NCBI GenBank assembly: GCA_035570235.1
Contig: DATMML010000037.1
Coordinates: 152,426-216,425, forward strand
DNA: 64,000 nucleotides
From: Vicinamibacteria bacterium
GTDB lineage: Bacteria > Acidobacteriota > Vicinamibacteria > Fen-336
Reading direction: 5' to 3'
In this document: piece by piece, positions 57,731 through 64,000 of the stretch
Layout of the letters: each line of letters starts with the position of its first letter
How positions within the stretch are numbered: position 1 is the stretch's first letter
The notes under the pieces: model-generated
The model's database searches: none
Told to the model about the DNA's origin: nothing
The model's input: the letters and a program-made list of their open reading frames with translations, nothing else
Position numbers and translations under genes: made by a program

Positions 57731-60322
57731 CTAGCGCTCTTTCGCGCTCTCCTCTGCCTCCAGGCGGCGGGCCCAGGGGGTGTCGGAAAACTCCTCCCGC
57801 AAACGCTTTCGATCGGCGTCCGCGCCTTCGGCGTCACCGGCCGCCTCCCGCGCCGCCGCTCCTCCGAACAGGGCCTGGGCCACGTAGGGGCTGGTGGGGG
57901 CCTCGAGCACCAGAGCGGAGAAGGCCTCCGCCGCTTCCCGCGGGTGACCGACTCGGGCCAGGCTCTCCCCGCGCAAGCAGAGCATCTCCGCGCGCAGAGG
58001 CGACCCCCCGGGCGCGAAACTGGCGCCGTGCCGGGCGTACTCCGCAGCCTCTTCGAAATGCTCGGCGGCGTACGCTCTCGACGCGCGTTCGTAGAGGGTC
58101 GTCGGATCCCCCGCCGGATGACGGGGCCCGCTCGCAAACCGGCTGGCCACCAGGAGGAGCAAGAGGCCGCCGGGGACGAGACCGCCCCAGCGGCGGCCGG
58201 GCGAGGGCAGGGCGCACGCCTCCACCGGGTTTGGCCCCGGAGTGGGGCTTGACTCGGAGACCCGCCGCCGGCGCCGCAAGGCCGCGGCCACGACTCCGAG
58301 GGCGATCCCGGAGAGTCCGAGGCCCAGCCAGTCGGCGGCGTTGCGCGAGGGGTAAATGAGCCGCACCGTGCTCTGCCGGGGTATCACCATCATGAGAGCG
58401 GGCGAGATCAGGTAAGGGCCGTCCGCTCCCTCCGCCCGCCAGCGCGGGTGGTAGGAGATCTTCACCAGCAGGGGGTGGCCCGGATGGTCGGTGGTGATGG
58501 TGAGGCCTTCCGCCTCCACCCTCTCCTCCACCTTCACGTCCCCGGGGAGGGGCAGGAGGGGCGGGGCCAGCCACTCATCCTTCTCCACGACCCCGATGCG
58601 GGGGTCATCGGTGAAGACGAGGGGGGCAGGGCTGAGCGGCTTGCGCGTGAACCAGCGGTAGGCCTTGTCCCGCCAATGGGCGGGTGGGGAACGCACGGGC
58701 GCGAAGGGGAGCGGCTCCACGTAGGAGGAGCCGGAGGAGGCCAGATGGAAGATCCGGTAGGGGGGGATGCTGGCCACGCTCATCACGTCGGCCCGGGCGT
58801 CCAGGGCGGAGATGAGCTGGGGCGAGAGGGCCACGACCTCGTTGACGTTGAAGAGCCGCAGGCGGGGAAAGGCGTTCTCGGGATCAAAGTGCGAGTACTC
58901 ACGGCTTCGGAAGGGGTTGGGAGAGCTCGCGAAGAGCTCGGAGGCCAGGTAATAGACGGCGTGGGTCTGGAGGCTGGCCTGGTTGTAGACCCCCTCGAGG
59001 GTGGAGCGGCCGGTGAAGAAGGGCAGGGTCTCGTACATCCGGATGGATCCCGCTTTTTCGTGGGTGGCGCTGTATTCGACGGCCACCCGCGGATCGGCGA
59101 CCGTGCCCTGGAGGCGGTCGGAGAGCTCGCGGAAGGCGGGCCACAGCTCCTTGGCCTCGAGGCCGGTGTAGTTCCAGTCGATCCAGGAGCGCAGTACCTT
59201 CGATTGCCCGTCTACGTGGCAGACGGCGACGAGCACCAGGCCCAGGGCGGCCAGGTCCGGGGCGGACAGGAGGCGGAGGCCGAGGCCGAGGCTGACGCCC
59301 CCCGCCAGGCAAAGCGCGAGGTGGGTGAAGGGGACGAAGCGGACGTCGATGATGCCGAGGGCCGGCCCCGCCGCGGCCAAGGCCGCCCCCACCGCCGCCG
59401 CGTGGATGAGGAACAGCAGCCGGTGGTCGGGCCCCCCGGTACGACGGGCCCAGAGGAGCGTAGACAGGAGGCCGGCTGAGGCGACCACGAAGAGGGGCCA
59501 GAGCAGAAACGGGAAGAGCCCATGGGTGGTGACCGTGATCCAGGGGTCATCGTAGGGCGTGGTCCAGCGCCAATAGAAAAGGAGGGGCACGAGGGTGACG
59601 CCGGCAAGGGCGAAGGCCAGCCCGGCCAGGGCCAGGAGCCAGCGCAGCGTCCGCGCCGGGCGGCGGGCCGCGTAAAGGAAATAGGAAGCGGAGAGGCCGG
59701 CCCAGAGCACGGCGTACCCGTGGGCGAGGGCGGTGAGGGCAAGGAGGAGGGCCGGGACCCAGGGTCCACGGCCATCGGCAAAGCACCGATACGTGCATCC
59801 CAGGAAGAGGACGGCGAGACCGATGCCATACGTATAAGCGAACTCTCCGGTCAGGGTGCTGGCCAGGCTGCCCCCCCAGATCGCGTTCTCCTCCAGGAAG
59901 AGGAACACGAGGGCCCCCGCCGCTCCCAGAAGGGGGGCGGGAAAACCGAAACCCAGGAGCCGGAGCGCGGCGTAGGTCAGCAGAGGCAAGAGGAACACCC
60001 CGAGCACGGTGCCGAGCTTGAAGGCCACGGGCATGCCCGTCAGGGGGGCCAGGCCCGAGATGATGAGGAAGGGAAGGGGAAAGTAGTAGAGAAGGAGCGG
60101 CTGCCCAAGATAGGCCCCGGGATACCAGCCGTGGAGGCGCAGGCTCGGCAGGAGGCGCTCGTGGAACCAGACCGCGGTGGGATAGTGGCAGGGCGTATCA
60201 CCCCCCGCGGCGATGGTGGGCAGGAAGAGCAGCGAGGGTCGGAGGTAGTCCAGGAGCACCAGGAGCAGAACGAGGAGGCCGAGGGCGTCCGCGGTCCGCT
60301 CCCGCCAGCGGGGCAATGACAT
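57731..60322 (-). CDS. large polytopic membrane protein with extracytoplasmic domain and C-terminal TPR-like region (glycosyltransferase-39/ArnT-like or YfhO-like topology)
   Basis: About 12 TM helices at the N-terminus, a 300-aa soluble domain, another TM, then a TPR-like helical tail; family assignment uncertain. Confidence 0.55.
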   Translation of the reverse strand: MSLPRWRERTADALGLLVLLLVLLDYLRPSLLFLPTIAAGGDTPCHYPTAVWFHERLLPSLRLHGWYPGAYLGQPLLLYYFPLPFLIISGLAPLTGMPVAFKLGTVLGVFLLPLLTYAALRLLGFGFPAPLLGAAGALVFLFLEENAIWGGSLASTLTGEFAYTYGIGLAVLFLGCTYRCFADGRGPWVPALLLALTALAHGYAVLWAGLSASYFLYAARRPARTLRWLLALAGLAFALAGVTLVPLLFYWRWTTPYDDPWITVTTHGLFPFLLWPLFVVASAGLLSTLLWARRTGGPDHRLLFLIHAAAVGAALAAAGPALGIIDVRFVPFTHLALCLAGGVSLGLGLRLLSAPDLAALGLVLVAVCHVDGQSKVLRSWIDWNYTGLEAKELWPAFRELSDRLQGTVADPRVAVEYSATHEKAGSIRMYETLPFFTGRSTLEGVYNQASLQTHAVYYLASELFASSPNPFRSREYSHFDPENAFPRLRLFNVNEVVALSPQLISALDARADVMSVASIPPYRIFHLASSGSSYVEPLPFAPVRSPPAHWRDKAYRWFTRKPLSPAPLVFTDDPRIGVVEKDEWLAPPLLPLPGDVKVEERVEAEGLTITTDHPGHPLLVKISYHPRWRAEGADGPYLISPALMMVIPRQSTVRLIYPSRNAADWLGLGLSGIALGVVAAALRRRRRVSESSPTPGPNPVEACALPSPGRRWGGLVPGGLLLLLVASRFASGPRHPAGDPTTLYERASRAYAAEHFEEAAEYARHGASFAPGGSPLRAEMLCLRGESLARVGHPREAAEAFSALVLEAPTSPYVAQALFGGAAAREAAGDAEGADADRKRLREEFSDTPWARRLEAEESAKER

Positions 60323-60444
60323 TCGCGGGAGAGTCTAACCCATGCCCGCGCCCCGCCCCGCGGATCGGGCGGGGGCGGCGTCTTTACGCGAGCCGCGACG
60401 TCGGCTAGGATCGAAGCCCGGATCTCAACAGCCCCATAGGAGCC

Positions 60445-60807
60445 ATGAAGCAGGCGGCCCGCATCCTGATCGTCGACGACGACCCGGAGATCGGCGGGAT
60501 GCTCACGCGCTCTTTGTCCCGTCACGGGTTCCAGATCGACGCCGTGGGCTCGGCAGAAGAAGCCCTCGCGCGCACGGAGACCACCGTTTACGACGCGGCC
60601 TTGGTGGATCTGGTCATGCCCGGCCGCGACGGGGCCGACCTGGCAGCAGCCCTGCGCCGGAAGATCCCCGGCATGCCGATCGGTCTCCTGACCGGCTACA
60701 CCAATTCTCCCCTGATCCCCACCGCCGAGCGCTCCGGCGTGGCCGTCTTCACCAAGCCCGTCATCATCAAGGACCTGGTGGACTTTCTCCGGTCTGAGAT
60801 CACCTAG
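60445..60807 (+). CDS. single-domain response regulator (CheY-like receiver)
   Basis: ILIVDDD...D...LVDLVMPGRDG...FTKP receiver motifs; 120 aa. Confidence 0.8.
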   Translation: MKQAARILIVDDDPEIGGMLTRSLSRHGFQIDAVGSAEEALARTETTVYDAALVDLVMPGRDGADLAAALRRKIPGMPIGLLTGYTNSPLIPTAERSGVAVFTKPVIIKDLVDFLRSEIT

Positions 60808-62149
60808 GGGTCTCGGCCCGCCGATCGCTCCCCCGGCGATGGGCGGCCTCTTGCTTGCGCAGCAGACGCTCCCGCCGGCGCCAGAAGGCCCTGGCCAGGC
60901 GCCGCGATCGCGGGTCCTCCCGCCGTTCCAGGAGGTCGAGGGCGCGGTCCACCACCGAAAGGGCCGCCTCGGGGTCACGCCGGCGGTGCTCATGTTGCAT
61001 GGCCAGCTCGTGCATGGCCAGGGGCTCCCCCGCTTCCGCGGCCGCCGCCCAGAGGCCGGCCGCCTCCTCGAGATCGCCGGCCCGCTTGGCCCGCGCGGCC
61101 AGCCCGAGCAGGGCGGCGGTGCGCAGGGGGCCCGTCCCCTGCGCGGCCGCGCGCCGGTACTCGCTCTCCGAGCGCTCGTAGAGCCGCGCGCGCTCGAGCA
61201 CTCGGGCCAGGCTGTAGACATCGCGCGGGTCCTCGGCCAGGTCCCCCTCCACCCATTGGCAGGCCAGGATGGAGAGCGCGGCCAGGGAAACGATGTCCTG
61301 GCGGTTGTGGGCAAAGACGCGGGCCAAAGCGCGGGCGTCCCGGCGGCGCACGTAATCGAAATAAACCTGGGGAATCTCCTCCCCGGGGATGTCGTCCTCC
61401 CGGTACAGGCCCAGGAGCTCCCTCTCCAGGGACTGTAAGCGGCACGACTCTAGGCGAGCCTTCCACAGCCGGCGGGCGGGGTGCAGAAGGTCCAGGTGGG
61501 GCATCTCGGCCAGGGGGAATCGCCCCCGGTTCAGGCGATAGCGGGCGTCGAGGAGGGGGAGGTCGAACATCTTTCCGTTGAAGGTGACCAGGTGGGAGAA
61601 GCGGCGGAGGTCACTGGCCAGCGCATGCAGGAGGGAGGCTTCCTCGTGGTAGTCGCGCATGAAGTACTGGCGGACGACGAAACGGTCCCCCTCCACGTAG
61701 CCGATTCCGACCAGGAAGGCGGCCGTGCCCGCTCCCCCCGCCAGGCCCGTGGTCTCGGTGTCCAGGAACACGGCGGAGGGGAGATCGAAGGAGGTGAGCT
61801 CCGGCTCCGCGGTGAGGACGCCCACCGTGGCGGGAGCCAGGGAGCGGAAGCGGCTCAAGGGGACCTCTCCCTGTCGGGCCTCGAGGTGGACATCCGCCTC
61901 CATGAGAAAGAACTCCCCCCGCTCGTTCTCGATCCTCATCCCCTGGACCAACTCCTCGAGGGGCACCGCCACCGCCGGCGGGCGCGGACGGGCCCGGTAA
62001 GCGGTGGCCACCAGGCGCTCCAAGCGGGCCTTCAAGGAGCCCTCCCCGGCCTCTCCGAGCAGGGTCTCCTCCAGGGCCTCGAGGGGGACGGGGCCGGGGT
62101 CGCGGCGCAGGCGTCGCAGCCTGTCCTGGAGGGAGGGCGTGCTCAGCAA
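60800..62149 (-). CDS. RNase H-like / DEDD-type exonuclease with C-terminal TPR region (MrfB/YprB-like)
   Basis: VFLDTETTGL exonuclease motif I, later FNGKMFD and H-containing motifs; C-terminal TPR-like helices; located directly downstream of a DUF1998 helicase, as in mrfAB. Confidence 0.6.
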   Translation of the reverse strand: MLSTPSLQDRLRRLRRDPGPVPLEALEETLLGEAGEGSLKARLERLVATAYRARPRPPAVAVPLEELVQGMRIENERGEFFLMEADVHLEARQGEVPLSRFRSLAPATVGVLTAEPELTSFDLPSAVFLDTETTGLAGGAGTAAFLVGIGYVEGDRFVVRQYFMRDYHEEASLLHALASDLRRFSHLVTFNGKMFDLPLLDARYRLNRGRFPLAEMPHLDLLHPARRLWKARLESCRLQSLERELLGLYREDDIPGEEIPQVYFDYVRRRDARALARVFAHNRQDIVSLAALSILACQWVEGDLAEDPRDVYSLARVLERARLYERSESEYRRAAAQGTGPLRTAALLGLAARAKRAGDLEEAAGLWAAAAEAGEPLAMHELAMQHEHRRRDPEAALSVVDRALDLLERREDPRSRRLARAFWRRRERLLRKQEAAHRRGSDRRAETPR

Positions 62150-62313
62150 GCGCGCGCCTCCCCGCGGGTCCGCGCGGGATCCCGAGGCGTGCCTCTCGCG
62201 CGGAGAGACCCCACCACCGCCCTCCTCCCCGATCTCGGGGAGGATGGGCTCGACCCGAGGCGGCGCCGCGGCTTCAGGGCCTCACCTTCCCGCCCCGGGG
62301 CCGGGCTTCGCCG

Positions 62314-64000
62314 TCATCCGAGGACGGCACCGAGCAGGGCCAGAGCGACCTCCTTGCCCCGGTTGCCGACCTCCCCCGGGGGGCCCACGCAGGATGGGCA
62401 GCCGTCTTGGCAGGGGCAGGAAGCAATAAGCGATCGGCTCTCCCGAAGGAGCCGGTCGTGCAGGCGGTAGAGGGGCTCGGAGAGCCCTATGCCCCCCGGG
62501 TAGTTGTCGTAGAGAAAGACGATGGGCTCGTAGTCGTCGGGCGGGGGCGGCGCCGCGAGTCTCTCCCTCCACCCCTTCTGTATCTGGGCCTCGCCCTGGC
62601 CGTTGTCGCCCAGCGCCACCCCCAGGTCGTGGCGGTCGCACATCAGGAAGAGGGCGGCCATCTGCCCCAGCGTGTGGGAGAGGGCCACCACTCCGTCCCG
62701 CCGGTCCTCCCCCCGGAAGGGCAGCCCGATCAGGACCTCCTTGGGGATGGTCAGCCAGTACGAGGTGGTGTGCATCTCGTTCTCCGGCATCTGGAGGTCC
62801 CCCGCCCCCACGTTCTCGTTGGTGTGGAACTTGATCTTCTTGAAGCCCACTACCTGCGAGGTCACGTGCACCTCGCCGTGGCTGCGGAGGGCGCGGCCGG
62901 CCCCCTCCTCCGCGAAGCGGTCCAGGATCCGCACCTTCGTGTAGGTGATGGCGTCGGTGTAGTAGTCCACCTCCGCCCCCCGCACCTGGGCGCGCCGCTC
63001 TTGGTGGTCGTACTTCTCCACCAGGTAGGTGCGGCCTTCCAGGATGTACACCGCCTTCTCGTGCAGGGTGGCGGGGGCGCTGTCGTAGTCCACCTCCGCG
63101 ATGACCCGGGGGGCTTCCCCCGGGGTGACGTCCTGGATCACGAAGTTGTCGGAGGAGACGCTGCGCAGGCTGATCGCGTCTGCGGGATAGCTCTCGCTCG
63201 TCCAATGCCAGCGGTCCCCCGCCCGGTGCAACAGCCTCTCCTCCTCGAGGAAGCGCAGGATCTCCCCGAGGTCCTCACCCCCGAAGGTCTCCTCCGCGGA
63301 GAAAGGCAGCTCGAAGGCCGCGCACTTGACGTGGTTGACGAGGATCTGCAGGTTGTCCGGATTGATACGACCCTGCTCCACGGGCGCCCCGAAGAAGTAG
63401 TCCGGGTTCTTGGCGATGAACTGGTTGAGGGGGGTCGAGTTCGCGACCAGGACCGCCACCGAGGTGCCGGAGCGACGGCCCGCCCGCCCCGCCTGCTGCC
63501 AGGCCGAGGCCACGCTCCCCGGGTAGCCGAGAAGGACCGCGCAGTCCAGGCTGCCGATGTCGATTCCCAGCTCCAGGGCGTTGGTGGAGACCACCCCCCG
63601 CACCGACCCCTCGCGAAGGCCGCGCTCGATCTCGCGGCGCTTCAAGGGCAAATAGCCGCCCCGATAGCCGCGGATCAGGCCCTCGCTCCCGGGCCTGGTC
63701 TCTAGCGCCTCCTTCAGGTAGGTGACGAGGATCTCGGTGGCCAGGCGCGAGGGGGTGAAGACGATCGTCTGCAGGCCGCGGGACAGGAAGGAGACCGCCA
63801 CGTCGCGCGCGCTGCCCAGGGCCGAGCGGCGGATGCCGAGCTGCCGGTTCACCAGGGGAGGGTTGTAGATCGCGAAGTACTTCTCGCCCTGGGGCGCCCC
63901 GCTCTCGTCGATGAGCGTCATCTCTTGGCCGGTGAGCGCCTCCGCCAGCTCCTTGGGGTTGCCGATGGTGGCCGAGGAGCAGAGGAACTGGGGCTCGGAG
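62314..64000 (-). CDS. DEXH-box helicase with C-terminal DUF1998 zinc domain (MrfA/YprA-like), 5' end outside window
   Basis: Helicase C-terminal motifs (QQAGRAGRR), FLLCSATIGNP-type block continuing in frame through the window end, C-terminal CPCQDGCPSC 4-Cys cluster (DUF1998). Confidence 0.8.
   Translation of the reverse strand, partial: SEPQFLCSSATIGNPKELAEALTGQEMTLIDESGAPQGEKYFAIYNPPLVNRQLGIRRSALGSARDVAVSFLSRGLQTIVFTPSRLATEILVTYLKEALETRPGSEGLIRGYRGGYLPLKRREIERGLREGSVRGVVSTNALELGIDIGSLDCAVLLGYPGSVASAWQQAGRAGRRSGTSVAVLVANSTPLNQFIAKNPDYFFGAPVEQGRINPDNLQILVNHVKCAAFELPFSAEETFGGEDLGEILRFLEEERLLHRAGDRWHWTSESYPADAISLRSVSSDNFVIQDVTPGEAPRVIAEVDYDSAPATLHEKAVYILEGRTYLVEKYDHQERRAQVRGAEVDYYTDAITYTKVRILDRFAEEGAGRALRSHGEVHVTSQVVGFKKIKFHTNENVGAGDLQMPENEMHTTSYWLTIPKEVLIGLPFRGEDRRDGVVALSHTLGQMAALFLMCDRHDLGVALGDNGQGEAQIQKGWRERLAAPPPPDDYEPIVFLYDNYPGGIGLSEPLYRLHDRLLRESRSLIASCPCQDGCPSCVGPPGEVGNRGKEVALALLGAVLG

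Overview
This is a very GC-rich (about 70%) bacterial chromosomal window, gene-dense on both strands, with many spurious antisense and overlapping ORFs in the six-frame track. Protein architectures (PEGA-domain Ser/Thr kinase, FHA-RDD protein, sigma-54-type Fis-family HTH, PyrR) fit an Acidobacteria-, Rokubacteria- or Deinococcus-like organism better than Proteobacteria, but the lineage cannot be fixed from sequence alone.

Supported content:
- A split pyrimidine biosynthesis locus: carB-carA; pyrR-pyrB-pyrC on the minus strand divergent from pyrK-pyrD-pyrF on the plus strand.
- argS, mobA, lepB and ada (with an upstream Ada-box-like site).
- A contiguous bacillithiol biosynthesis cluster, bshC-bshA-bshB.
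- A eukaryotic-like Ser/Thr kinase (PEGA repeats plus a TonB-C-like end) next to an FHA/zinc-ribbon/RDD protein.
- A LytS/LytTR two-component pair.
- A glycosyltransferase / methyltransferase / formylglycine-generating-enzyme-like / PilZ cluster.
- A cytochrome c-FTR1 fusion iron permease whose start codon sits inside a perfect AT-rich Fur-box-like palindrome.
- An MrfA/MrfB-like helicase-exonuclease pair; the helicase runs off the window end.

The strongest candidate for something undescribed is a tandem array of three paralogous secreted proteins (53131-57475, minus strand). They have a Cys-containing N-domain, a Gly/Ala hydrophobic segment, a Thr/Pro linker and two further domains. Each copy has a conserved 5' leader, and the third copy is C-terminally truncated. 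I recognise no characterised family.

No rRNA, tRNA, CRISPR array or obvious mobile element was seen.
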